Shown piece after piece: positions 1 through 9,439 of a DNA stretch of 64,000 nucleotides (positions are counted from its first letter, which is position 1; each line of letters opens with the position of its first letter). A program made the translations under genes and the position numbers. This stretch comes from a virus. The DNA lies in IMG/VR virus record IMGVR_UViG_3300020391_000004, positions 32,001-96,000 of that record; one strand, 5' to 3'. Under the pieces are notes generated by a model. It did no database searches. It had not been told where the DNA came from and saw only the letters and a list, made by a program, of their open reading frames with translations.

Positions 1-183
1 ATTACTGTCAGGTTGGTTAGTTGCATTTCTAGCACTAGAAGTAATACCTACATGACCATTAGCAGTTGCTTTAGTTAAGGCTACAAGTTCTTTGGTACCT
101 GGAGTTAATCCAGTACCATCATTAAGTACACCTACTGCCATTGTACCTAAATAACTTAATTGACTGCTTGAACCGTATGCCAT
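1..183 (-). CDS. Partial hypothetical protein (runs off window), possibly tail/baseplate
   Basis: Hand translation MAYGSSSQLSYLGTMAVG... is open to the window edge; its ATG overlaps the PAAR stop (TAATG). Confidence 0.55.
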   Translation of the reverse strand, partial: MAYGSSSQLSYLGTMAVGVLNDGTGLTPGTKELVALTKATANGHVGITSSARNATNQPDSN

Positions 184-530
184 TATGTACTAAAACTTAC
201 TGTGCCTAATCCTGTTTGATTTGCAGGTGCACTATCACGTGAGCTACCTCCAACTAGCACTTTAAAATCGCCTGTCGTCCTAGGATGACCACAAGTATCA
301 ATATCCATAACTTTATGCACAGGTAGTCCTTCAGCAAATACTGTTGCACTTCCTCCAGTAACTACTGCTACACAATGAATACTACAACCCGGAACTCCAC
401 AACACGGATGTGGTGTGACAGGACTTGCAAACGCGGCTATAGGTACCATACTGCTTAGTACTGTAGGTCTGGGTGCAGTTGCTATTCCACCCGCGGCGTT
501 TATGTCGCCTATTCTTACTATTGGGAACAT
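183..530 (-). CDS. PAAR-domain spike tip protein (T4 gp5.4-like)
   Basis: PIVRIGD..GG, TVFAEGLPV..VMD..TCGHP repeats and a His/Cys metal-binding segment HPCCGVPGCSIHC. Confidence 0.85.
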   Translation of the reverse strand: MFPIVRIGDINAAGGIATAPRPTVLSSMVPIAAFASPVTPHPCCGVPGCSIHCVAVVTGGSATVFAEGLPVHKVMDIDTCGHPRTTGDFKVLVGGSSRDSAPANQTGLGTVSFST

Positions 531-559
531 AAAGTATTTACCTAAATCATTATATGCTA

Positions 560-850
560 TTATAATTTACAGCTAATATCAAAATCAAAATTGTCTAAAT
601 TAAAAGACTGTATTCTGTCATCTATTTTTTCTTTGGATAATGTAAGTAATCCGTTACAACCACCTTCGACGAGTAAGTTATTACGATAGTAAATTTGCGG
701 GCAAGTTTTATGCCCTGCATTTTTAAGAAATTCTCTAGCTTCTGGATTATAATCAATATTAATCTCCTCGAATTCGAAATTGTTTTCTTTTAAATAGTTC
801 ATTGCCATATGACAATAGCCACATAGGTTTTTTGTATATACTGTTATCAT
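560..850 (-). CDS. Glutaredoxin (NrdH/Grx-like)
   Basis: CGYC active site, TCPQI cis-Pro motif; start moved to MITVY at 850 (ATGA overlap with upstream ORF). Confidence 0.85.
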   Translation of the reverse strand: MITVYTKNLCGYCHMAMNYLKENNFEFEEINIDYNPEAREFLKNAGHKTCPQIYYRNNLLVEGGCNGLLTLSKEKIDDRIQSFNLDNFDFDISCKL

Positions 851-1023
851 CTTAAATAATCCTCTACACATGCATATGATACACCTGGAGGAGAAATACT
901 TTTACGATTTAATCCTTCTAGCATACATTCTTCATAAGTTTTAAAATAGTCTAGTCCTTCTCCGTTGACTTCTCCGCTAACATCTATACTGACTACAACT
1001 AATATATATCCTAAAATTAACAT
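847..1023 (-). CDS. Small hypothetical protein (58 aa) with hydrophobic N-terminus
   Basis: Hand translation MLILGYILVVVSIDVSGE...YACVEDYLR fills the gap exactly, with an ATGA overlap. Confidence 0.6.
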   Translation of the reverse strand: MLILGYILVVVSIDVSGEVNGEGLDYFKTYEECMLEGLNRKSISPPGVSYACVEDYLR

Positions 1024-1025
1024 TA

Positions 1026-2186
1026 CTACTCTCCGAAATAATCTTGTTGTACACCTTCTCTATTAAGATCTAGTGTAATACAATGTAATCCACCATCCCA
1101 AAAAAATCTATGTCTCCATGGCACATATACAGGTTCAACTTTATGCTTCTTCAAAAATGTATTTACTTGCTCATTATTTTCTTGACTTACGCAACAATGA
1201 TGTTCATCTAACATAATTACGTTTACATCAAAGACAGTTTCCTCGACATAACCAACCCAATCCTGTAACCAAGTTTCTACAAAACCTGTAAACTCATTAT
1301 TAGCTTCTTCTCCGGCAAGCCACCATTTTCCTTTATTTTTTAGTTTTAGTTTTACAAATGGACTTACTTTGTTCCAGCTCTGATTTGGTAGATAACAGAC
1401 ATCCCATCCAGGAAAAGTCTCAGAATATGTTTGTACATTGTGTAAACTTAATATTGCTCCAGGTTTAATTGGATGAAAGTTCCCATCAGAGTGGCCGTCC
1501 ATAGGTGAAAATTGTATGTCAAACTTACTAAATTCTGGAATAACTTTCATTTCATTTGGGTCAATATATGACATATAATTTTCGGGTAATTTTTTAGCAT
1601 CATATCCTACATATAATCTTTTTCCTATCATAAAAGTTCTTGCACTTGATACTCCTTCAAACCCATCTGAATATTCTAATAATTCCTGCCATACAAATGG
1701 CAAAAAATATTCCTTATTTGTCCTGTTTTCCTTAAATAATTCCCAACTAGGAAAATCTTTACCCTTAATTATATTATACTTGTCACTACTTTTAAAAAAA
1801 GGAAATTGTCTGTTAACTTTTTTTGTGAATACAGGACTATATTGCTCTAGACTATCTATTATTGACGGATGATCAAATCCTTTATGTGCAAAACAGGTGT
1901 TACCCAAAACTAATTGATAGTCTCTTACTTGTAATGGACCACGCGGATATCTACTAGGATTATCTATAAAACGTTCTGACCTATCCATTTCAGGCTGAAT
2001 TACTGTAACTCCAAAGTCTTGCAGTATATTTTTAAAACCTTGTAAATCTTCAAGGGTTTCTTCGCATATACGTTTTAATGGATCTCCAGCTTTGTCAGGT
2101 ATTCCATTGAAGAATTCAGGTGCATAGTTATTGCCCAACATACACACTTTAAGTGGATCCCACTTATTCCATATATTATATTTCAT
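1026..2186 (-). CDS. Amidinotransferase family protein (glycine/inosamine amidinotransferase-like)
   Basis: WDPLK..MLG N-terminus, QVRD, GHSDG, and C-terminal DGGLHCITLD with the catalytic Cys. Confidence 0.8.
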   Translation of the reverse strand: MKYNIWNKWDPLKVCMLGNNYAPEFFNGIPDKAGDPLKRICEETLEDLQGFKNILQDFGVTVIQPEMDRSERFIDNPSRYPRGPLQVRDYQLVLGNTCFAHKGFDHPSIIDSLEQYSPVFTKKVNRQFPFFKSSDKYNIIKGKDFPSWELFKENRTNKEYFLPFVWQELLEYSDGFEGVSSARTFMIGKRLYVGYDAKKLPENYMSYIDPNEMKVIPEFSKFDIQFSPMDGHSDGNFHPIKPGAILSLHNVQTYSETFPGWDVCYLPNQSWNKVSPFVKLKLKNKGKWWLAGEEANNEFTGFVETWLQDWVGYVEETVFDVNVIMLDEHHCCVSQENNEQVNTFLKKHKVEPVYVPWRHRFFWDGGLHCITLDLNREGVQQDYFGE

Positions 2187-2496
2187 CAGGGTAATCCCTA
2201 TATAGAAAATGATCTAAACTGTTTGCGTCAACAAGTTTACTAAAGCCTATATGTGTATTCATAGTATCTTTTTTATATAACACATGGTTCATTGCATCGT
2301 CTAAATCCTGCATAGTTTTAAACTCCATGTCAATGCGCCATTCACCTAAATTCTTACTCCTAAATCCTAGTTTCATTCTTGTAATTCTAAAATTTTGCAG
2401 TGTAGGAAGTGTAGCAAAATATTCTGTTATACGTTCTACAAACTCATTTGGCTTCACGCCTTGTGCTAGTTCTGCGTATATTGTGTAGATATTCAT
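2176..2496 (-). CDS. Small ferredoxin-like/dimeric barrel protein (DUF6614-like)
   Basis: MNIYTIYAEL..GV...FRITRMKLGFR...LGEWRIDMEF..MQDLD.A resembles DUF6614 as recalled; ATGA overlap at 2496. Confidence 0.5.
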   Translation of the reverse strand: MNIYTIYAELAQGVKPNEFVERITEYFATLPTLQNFRITRMKLGFRSKNLGEWRIDMEFKTMQDLDDAMNHVLYKKDTMNTHIGFSKLVDANSLDHFLYRDYPDEI

Positions 2497-3203
2497 TTGT
2501 ACCAAAATCCTAGTCTTGGATCATCTATATAACTAAATCCATGATCATAATCTTCTTTATATTTCCAGCCGTCTTTTTTACGTTGTTCAGCTTCTAATCT
2601 ATACTTGCTCTCCCAGGCGGGAATAAGGGTTGTAGCATTGTCTGTACCTGACCAGTCACCAAACAAATTTCCTAGACGCAAGTGTATCTCTACTATTTTA
2701 CTATCTATAAACTCTATATTCAATATATTATTATCTTTTAAATCATCTAGAAAGTCTGGTAATTGAACTGTAGGCGGATCTACTTTATGCCAACTTTCAA
2801 ACTTTAATAAGTTATCATCGTTGTTAACACCTATCGCCGCATGAATTGGTCTCCATTTATCTTTCCAAATATAGTCTACACTATAGTGATCGCCTGTCCA
2901 CCATTCAGTCCAGAATTCACTAGGATGTAAATCGAATAAAACATCTTTATCTTCTATATCAATATACATTTTACGTGCATACAACCCTAATCCTGTTAGA
3001 TTATATATAGGTCTTATACAATAATAACCACTTGTTTTTGGTAGTAAAGGAACTGGACCTACGTTATATCCTAATTTATAACTTAATTCTAATTTATTAA
3101 AAGTCCATCTATACTCAGGCTTAATATTCCACATTTCATGATTATGTTGATCAAACTGTATTTGTTGATCCAAGATTTTCTTTTCCAAAGATTTTAAATC
3201 CAT
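2493..3203 (-). CDS. Phage ATP-grasp-like protein
   Basis: KL.LS.KLGYNVGP, YCIRPIYNLTGLG, GDHYSVDY, KIVEIHLRLGN (E-x-x-x-R motif); start uncertain (3233/3203/3134). Confidence 0.45.
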   Translation of the reverse strand: MDLKSLEKKILDQQIQFDQHNHEMWNIKPEYRWTFNKLELSYKLGYNVGPVPLLPKTSGYYCIRPIYNLTGLGLYARKMYIDIEDKDVLFDLHPSEFWTEWWTGDHYSVDYIWKDKWRPIHAAIGVNNDDNLLKFESWHKVDPPTVQLPDFLDDLKDNNILNIEFIDSKIVEIHLRLGNLFGDWSGTDNATTLIPAWESKYRLEAEQRKKDGWKYKEDYDHGFSYIDDPRLGFWYK

Positions 3204-3612
3204 CGATACTTCTCTTATAATTATGTGACTCACCTAATATAATAATTTTATAACCTAATTCTTTATATATTGCACACTCTGTTTTCATGCTTTCAATACC
3301 TAATCTTAGTTTAGGATTCTCATAGTCCCAGGCAAATTGTTCACATTCTACTGCATGTTTGCTTACACAGTAAATTAAACTCCAAGCCACTAATCTATTT
3401 TTATCATAATACCCGATAAGATTATTATGTTTTGCAGTAAACTCTTCTGGATATATAGGCCACACGCTTTCCCATTTATGATGTTTTGTATATGCATCAT
3501 AAATATCCATTAACCTGTCAATCGGAGGTTTTTCATGTTTAGCAAAAACTTTGTGATCTGTAAGTGATGCTTTATAATTTGTATCCTGTAAATCAATATA
3601 ACAATAGCTCAT
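3151..3612 (-). CDS. GNAT-fold protein resembling the C-terminal domain of Arg/Leu-tRNA-protein transferase (ATE/Bpt)
   Basis: LIGYYD..RLVAWSL...FAWDY..PKLRLGI.SM..E...Y.ELGY..IILG...YK pattern. Confidence 0.5.
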   Translation of the reverse strand: MSYCYIDLQDTNYKASLTDHKVFAKHEKPPIDRLMDIYDAYTKHHKWESVWPIYPEEFTAKHNNLIGYYDKNRLVAWSLIYCVSKHAVECEQFAWDYENPKLRLGIESMKTECAIYKELGYKIIILGESHNYKRSIDGFKIFGKENLGSTNTV

Positions 3613-4091
3613 CTTGATTGCACTGCCTCTTTATATTCTTTAGTCCAATTTTTATAGTATTTTTTTGAATCAAGATATTCTCTTGCTTCTTCTAATTTAC
3701 TTCTAGATTGTATTAATAATAGACAACACTTTCCAAAGTTTAGTTTAAATCCGTCTACTTCTTCTAAATCATCTGGATGATCTTCTAATACCACTATATC
3801 ATCTTTCCCCCAAGTAGACAATGCTTTATCAAGCATACTAGATAACTGATAAGGTGTTATATTATCAGACGGAAATGCAAATATAATAACATCATTTTTA
3901 ATTAAGTCAAACTCTTCTGTCAATAATGCACCATATGCATCTACCCAACTTTTAAATTCTTTTACTTTTACTTTGTCATCCATCCATGCTTTTTTTGCAT
4001 AAGGACAAGCAGGTAAGTTGTTAAAAGTTGAACTAGGAATACTTAAAGTTTTTTGTACCCAAACTGTTAAATTGTAATAAAGATCATTCAT
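3609..4091 (-). CDS. Hypothetical protein, DUF1415-like N-terminus
   Basis: WV...L......NNLPACPYAKKAW motif; LEDHP later in the sequence. Confidence 0.4.
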   Translation of the reverse strand: MNDLYYNLTVWVQKTLSIPSSTFNNLPACPYAKKAWMDDKVKVKEFKSWVDAYGALLTEEFDLIKNDVIIFAFPSDNITPYQLSSMLDKALSTWGKDDIVVLEDHPDDLEEVDGFKLNFGKCCLLLIQSRSKLEEAREYLDSKKYYKNWTKEYKEAVQSR

Positions 4092-5262
4092 GTAAATTAT
4101 TTACCATGCCCCAATAAGGTTCTAAAAGTTTATATGTGTTTGGAAATGCTTTACTGTAATCTTGATTACGAAATATATCTTGTCGCTTTGTCCAAACTAT
4201 CATACGTTCTAAATCTTTCAAATTAGCAGTCTCAATCATTAGATAATTTTTAATGTCCTCATCTTCTATTGTATGGACTATTTTATCTTTTAAAAAATCA
4301 GGCAAGTTTGTCATTCTGTAATGATTAGGATGATCTACTATGTTAAAATGGACAGTTTTCAACTTACTACGTAACCAATTAGAAGTTTTTTGATAGTCCG
4401 CTATGTTAATTAGGCTAACACATTGACTACCTTGAAAGAACCAGTCTACTTTCGGATAACGATTTGGTAAATCTAAGAACCAATCTATATTTTTTACAGT
4501 TTTATTCCAATCTCCTGGCCAACGTAAATATGTAAACTGTTCCTCAATTCCGTCAATGCTAAAAAAAAGTTCTATACGTTTAAATTGACTCCATAACTTT
4601 TCATAGTGCTTTGCAATCTGTTGTCCATTAGTGCTGTAAAATAATGTTGTATGCTTTGCTCTATCAGCTTCTATAAGTTTTTTTAAAAGCACTGCATGAG
4701 TTTTATCCAGTAATGGTTCTCCACCAAAAAAACTTATTTTTTCCACATTGACTAAATCTTCGAGTTGGTAACTACTACTGTTATGATATGTTTTATCCCT
4801 ACGTTGTATAAAGTCATTATCTTTTGCACCATATACTTCTTCATAGTGTTTACCTTCGGGCCAATATAAACTTGTATCCCACCCTCCGCATGTCCTACAT
4901 GCAAGGTTACATACATTAGTGGTTTTAATTACAAGTTCTCTAGGACCCTTTTCCCAACCAATATTATTAGTACCATATTGATCATTAGTTCTAAGACGTA
5001 AACTATGTATACCAGCATCCTCTTCATCCCAACAACGTTTACATTCGCTAGGACGTTCTCCTTTTAAAAATTTATATCTTAAAGAATTAAGTGCAGGATG
5101 ATTCCATCTATCCTTTTGTGATGTATCGTGATTTACTTGAACTTCAATAGGACCAAAAGCACATGGACTAATCTTATCCCAGGCGGTCTGTCTTGTTGAT
5201 ACAAACGGACTACTGCAAAAATTTTTAGAGGGTGAATCCACTAAATGTGTCTTTTTCAACAT
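4084..5262 (-). CDS. Radical SAM protein with auxiliary Cys (twitch/SPASM-like) domain
   Basis: CNLACRTC (CxxxCxxC), FFGGEPLL, STNG, and N-terminal FC..PF...PC...C.RC. Confidence 0.85.
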   Translation of the reverse strand: MLKKTHLVDSPSKNFCSSPFVSTRQTAWDKISPCAFGPIEVQVNHDTSQKDRWNHPALNSLRYKFLKGERPSECKRCWDEEDAGIHSLRLRTNDQYGTNNIGWEKGPRELVIKTTNVCNLACRTCGGWDTSLYWPEGKHYEEVYGAKDNDFIQRRDKTYHNSSSYQLEDLVNVEKISFFGGEPLLDKTHAVLLKKLIEADRAKHTTLFYSTNGQQIAKHYEKLWSQFKRIELFFSIDGIEEQFTYLRWPGDWNKTVKNIDWFLDLPNRYPKVDWFFQGSQCVSLINIADYQKTSNWLRSKLKTVHFNIVDHPNHYRMTNLPDFLKDKIVHTIEDEDIKNYLMIETANLKDLERMIVWTKRQDIFRNQDYSKAFPNTYKLLEPYWGMVNNLHE

Positions 5263-6346
5263 CCTGTTTTGTACCACCAATTATGTAACTTGAGATTTCT
5301 GTTTCTTGTGGTGCAACCTGTACTTCACCACCTGCAATCCATTTACTAGTCCAAGGTAAAGGATTTGCTTGTGGAACACTATATGGACTTTTTAATCCTA
5401 CTGCATTCATACGTTTGTTTGCAATCCATTCAATATATTGATCTAATAATTGTTTGTTTAATCCTATCATTGAACCATCTTTAAACAAATAGTCCGCCCA
5501 TTGTTTTTCTTGGTCTACTGCATCAACAAACATCTGTATACAATCTTCTCTTGTTTCTTCTGCAATCTTTGCAAAATCTTTATCATCCTTAGGAAGTATT
5601 TTTAATAATTGTTGTGTCGAACCTAAGTGTACATTCTCATCACGAGCAATAAATTTAATAATTTTAGCATTGCCTTCCATCTTTTTAAGTTCTGCGAATG
5701 CCCAACTACATGCAAATGATACATAAAAACGTACACCTTCTAAAATGTTTACACTCATAAGTGTTTTATATAATAATGTTTTCAATTCATACAAATCAAT
5801 TACAATCTTCTTACCATTTACTGTATGTGTGCCTGCTCCTAATAAATTATAATATGCAGACTTTTCAATTAGTTCATCATAGCATAATGTAATACTATCT
5901 GCACAGTCTACAATCTCCTGTACGTCCATCATTTCATCAAATATTTTACTTGGATCACTGTACACGTTACGGATTATATGTGTGTAACTACGGCTATGAA
6001 TTGTTTCACTAAATGTCCATGTTGTAATCCAGTTCTCAAGTTCTGGTAAACTAGTAATAGGATTAAATGCTTCCGCAGGTGCACGACCTTGAACACTATC
6101 TAATAATATTTGTCTTTTTAAATTACTTGTAAACACATGACGTTCATTGTCAGTAAGTTCTTTAAAGTCTTTACTGTCTTTCAATATATCTACTTCCTCA
6201 GGTCTCCAAAAGAATCCTAATTGCTTGTCTGTAAGTTTATCAAAGGCACGATACTTTAGTGTATCATATCTTTGCATTCCTAGTTCTCCATCAAAGAAAC
6301 ACATTTTCTCTGTGTGGTCATGTTTACTTGTGTTTAATACGCTCAT
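5225..6346 (-). CDS. nrdB: Ribonucleotide reductase class Ia beta subunit
   Basis: FFWRPEEV, QILLDSVQGR, ETIHSRSY, LEGVRFYVSF, IARDENVH, VAPQETEISSY; start at MSVLN. Confidence 0.96.
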   Translation of the reverse strand: MSVLNTSKHDHTEKMCFFDGELGMQRYDTLKYRAFDKLTDKQLGFFWRPEEVDILKDSKDFKELTDNERHVFTSNLKRQILLDSVQGRAPAEAFNPITSLPELENWITTWTFSETIHSRSYTHIIRNVYSDPSKIFDEMMDVQEIVDCADSITLCYDELIEKSAYYNLLGAGTHTVNGKKIVIDLYELKTLLYKTLMSVNILEGVRFYVSFACSWAFAELKKMEGNAKIIKFIARDENVHLGSTQQLLKILPKDDKDFAKIAEETREDCIQMFVDAVDQEKQWADYLFKDGSMIGLNKQLLDQYIEWIANKRMNAVGLKSPYSVPQANPLPWTSKWIAGGEVQVAPQETEISSYIIGGTKQDVEKDTFSGFTL

Positions 6347-6356
6347 GGTTAGTCCT

Positions 6357-7046
6357 TTACTTTTGCGTTTTATCAAATACTAAACGAATATTTCCGTTTA
6401 GAAATGCATTGTATACTGAAAAATCTATATCTATACAAACAAAGTTTAGTTTAGAATTATATAGCTCTGCTCTAATGTAACTGTCAATAATTTGTAGATA
6501 TTTAGTATCAGGACTAAATTTTTTAAAATCATAAATTCCAAGGAAATCTAAATGTTCTGTTCTTTCCATCATCCTTGCTAAATTAAAAGTTACAAATGCT
6601 CTGCCTTTGTCTGACAAAACAAGATTTATTTGATACAATCTTTCATTTATTTGAGTGATTGGAATAAAGTGTATTGCATTAATAGAAATCAATGATTGTA
6701 TAGCATTCTCATATTTGTTAATAAAATTGTAATTAAAAGTATCACATAAATCAGCCTTATCATTTTCTGGATCAATACCAATTATTTCAGGATAGTATTT
6801 TTTTAATAAATTACTTCCGCAACCAATATCGTAAATAGTGCCTGTATTTTTTTCAGTTAATAAATTTGTATAATAAAAAGATGCAATTGAAAAACAACTA
6901 GTCATGCAATCTTCACGTGGTGATGAAAACGCTTGACTTACTTCATTATCTATAATTAGATCGTAATCGTTTTTGATTTGCTTTCCAATATCTGTAAGTA
7001 AAAAACTTTCTTTAAATCCAGATGGCATTTGATTTATATTTTCCAT
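6357..7046 (-). CDS. Class I SAM-dependent methyltransferase-like protein inserted between nrdA and nrdB
   Basis: IYDIGCGSN glycine motif, GIDP, INAIHF. Confidence 0.6.
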   Translation of the reverse strand: MENINQMPSGFKESFLLTDIGKQIKNDYDLIIDNEVSQAFSSPREDCMTSCFSIASFYYTNLLTEKNTGTIYDIGCGSNLLKKYYPEIIGIDPENDKADLCDTFNYNFINKYENAIQSLISINAIHFIPITQINERLYQINLVLSDKGRAFVTFNLARMMERTEHLDFLGIYDFKKFSPDTKYLQIIDSYIRAELYNSKLNFVCIDIDFSVYNAFLNGNIRLVFDKTQK

Positions 7047-7048
7047 TT

Positions 7049-9349
7049 TTATATCGTACATGCCTCACAGTCTTCCTCAATTATTTCGTCCTCTGGAATT
7101 TGCAAGTTTACAGTATCAACAAGTTCACTCATATTGTCTCCACTGCCGTCAAATGTGTTAAAATAATATAATTGTTTAGTACCATATTTATATGCCATTA
7201 ATAAATGTTGCAACATAGTACTCATTGGTATTTTTTCTTCTTCGAAGTGTTGCGGATTATAACTAGTGTTTACACTTATTCCTTGGTCAATATATTTTTG
7301 TAATACTGCCATTATTTTTATATAACCTTCAGGACTTTTTTGATCCCATAATAATTCATACTTATTTTTATATCTATAAAATCCAGGAACAACTTGTTTC
7401 AGAACACCATCTTTACTTTGTTTTACACTTACAAATGCTCTAGGTGGTTCAATACCGTTTGTAGCATTTGATATTTGTGCAGATGTTTCGCTAGGCATTA
7501 GTGCCATTAATGTGCTATTACGTATTCCTGTTTCACTTAATTGTTTACGTAAGCCTGTCCAATCCATACGTTCCTTATGTACTATAAGATCATCAACATC
7601 TTTTTTATATGTTTGATTAGGCGTTATGCCATCACTATACTTCGTTTCATTGTTTCCAGGACAAGCACCTTCCTCGGTTGCTAGATCTGCACTTGCTTTT
7701 ATTAAGTAATAACTCCATGCTTCTGCATATTCATCTACTAAATCTAAATTAGGATTACTATAGTTTGTATCATTTTTTGCTAAAAAATATGCAAGATTAA
7801 TTATACCAATGCCTAAAGGTCTGCGTTTTATTGTGCTTGCCTGTGCAGCCTTTACAGGATAGTCTTGATATGTAAGTAGTGCATCAAGTCCACGCACTGC
7901 AAGTTCGCATGGCTTTTTAAAATCTTCTGGTTTACGAATATTACCCCAATTTACTGCACTTAAAGTACAAAGTGCAATTTCTCCTTCTTCATCATTAAAG
8001 TCGTTTAATGGTTTAGTAGGCAAATCAATTTCACAACATAAATTACTTTGTCTTATAGGAGCGACTTCTGTTTTAAAACTACTATGTTCATTTGCATGGT
8101 CAACATTCTGTAAATATATTCTTCCTGTGTTTTTACGTTCTTCCATAAAACTTGCAAATAAAGCACTAGCAGGAATAGATTTTTTACGTATACTAGTTTT
8201 ACGTTCTGCTTGTTCGTATAATTTTTTAAATTTATCTTGGTCTGCAAAAAAGGATTCATATAATCCAGGCACATCATGCGGAGAGAACAATGTAATGTTT
8301 CCACCAGATATCAAACGTTCATAGAATAATTTACTAAACTGTACGCCATAATCCATATGTCTTACTCTATTATCCTCTGTTCCTTTATTGTTCTTTAGCA
8401 CTAACAATTCTTCAATTTCATAATGCCAAATAGGATAGTAAAGTGTTGCAGCACCATTACGAACTCCACCTTGACTACAACTTCTAGTAGCACTTTGAAA
8501 CATTTTATAAAATGGTATTACACCTGTGTGGTAAGCGTCTCCGTTTCTAATTGGTGAACCCAATGCACGAATACTTCCTGCTCCAATCCCAATGCCTGCT
8601 TTCTGGGATACGTACTTAACGATACTGCTAGTAGTAGCATTAATACTGTCCAAGCTATCTGCAGTTTCAATGAGTACACAGGACGAAAACTGCCTTTGCG
8701 GCGTTCGTACGCCAGCCATAACAGGAGTAGGCAAACTAATATCAAAGGTAGATATTGCATCATAATAATCCTTTACATATTGCATACGTATGTTTTTTGG
8801 ATAATGTGCAAACAAAGTTGCCGCAATCAATACATATGCCATTTGTGGTGTTTCATATATTGTATTTGTTACACGATTTTTGACAAGGTATTTACCCCTA
8901 AACTGTTCCATAGCCGCATAGGTTAGTTCTTCATCTCTATCATGTTTAATAAAGTTATTAATTACACTCCATTCATCTTCATCGTAACTTGTTATTAATT
9001 CTTTATCATAAAATCCAATGTCAACATTACGTTGTACTAGTTTCTTAATATGCCATGGTTCGAATTGTCCATATACCATTTTACGTAAATGATAATTAAT
9101 TAATCTTCCTCCAACATATTGATAACCTGGTGTTTCTTCGCTTATCAAATCTGCCGCACTTTTTATTAGTGTTTCCTGAATATCTACGCTAGGTATACCA
9201 TCATAAAATTGTACATTGCTACGTAATTCAACTTCGCTTTCACTTACACCTGTAACACCTTCACAGGCATAAAAAACGACCTTGTGGAGTTTTTCCAAGT
9301 CAAGGTCTTCTGTAGTTCCATCTCTTTTTTTAACTTGTATATTGTTCAT
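7049..9349 (-). CDS. nrdA: Ribonucleotide reductase class Ia alpha subunit
   Basis: N-terminal ATP cone (VKKRDG), FSSCVLI, SNLCCEI, PSETSAQI, C-terminal CEACTI. Confidence 0.97.
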   Translation of the reverse strand: MNNIQVKKRDGTTEDLDLEKLHKVVFYACEGVTGVSESEVELRSNVQFYDGIPSVDIQETLIKSAADLISEETPGYQYVGGRLINYHLRKMVYGQFEPWHIKKLVQRNVDIGFYDKELITSYDEDEWSVINNFIKHDRDEELTYAAMEQFRGKYLVKNRVTNTIYETPQMAYVLIAATLFAHYPKNIRMQYVKDYYDAISTFDISLPTPVMAGVRTPQRQFSSCVLIETADSLDSINATTSSIVKYVSQKAGIGIGAGSIRALGSPIRNGDAYHTGVIPFYKMFQSATRSCSQGGVRNGAATLYYPIWHYEIEELLVLKNNKGTEDNRVRHMDYGVQFSKLFYERLISGGNITLFSPHDVPGLYESFFADQDKFKKLYEQAERKTSIRKKSIPASALFASFMEERKNTGRIYLQNVDHANEHSSFKTEVAPIRQSNLCCEIDLPTKPLNDFNDEEGEIALCTLSAVNWGNIRKPEDFKKPCELAVRGLDALLTYQDYPVKAAQASTIKRRPLGIGIINLAYFLAKNDTNYSNPNLDLVDEYAEAWSYYLIKASADLATEEGACPGNNETKYSDGITPNQTYKKDVDDLIVHKERMDWTGLRKQLSETGIRNSTLMALMPSETSAQISNATNGIEPPRAFVSVKQSKDGVLKQVVPGFYRYKNKYELLWDQKSPEGYIKIMAVLQKYIDQGISVNTSYNPQHFEEEKIPMSTMLQHLLMAYKYGTKQLYYFNTFDGSGDNMSELVDTVNLQIPEDEIIEEDCEACTI

Positions 9350-9439
9350 CTTGAACCCTCTTGATTTGCCTTTTTGTTATTTACAGACAACGAGCTTCCA
9401 TAAACAACATCTTATAATCGAAGTGCCGATTAGACTAAA

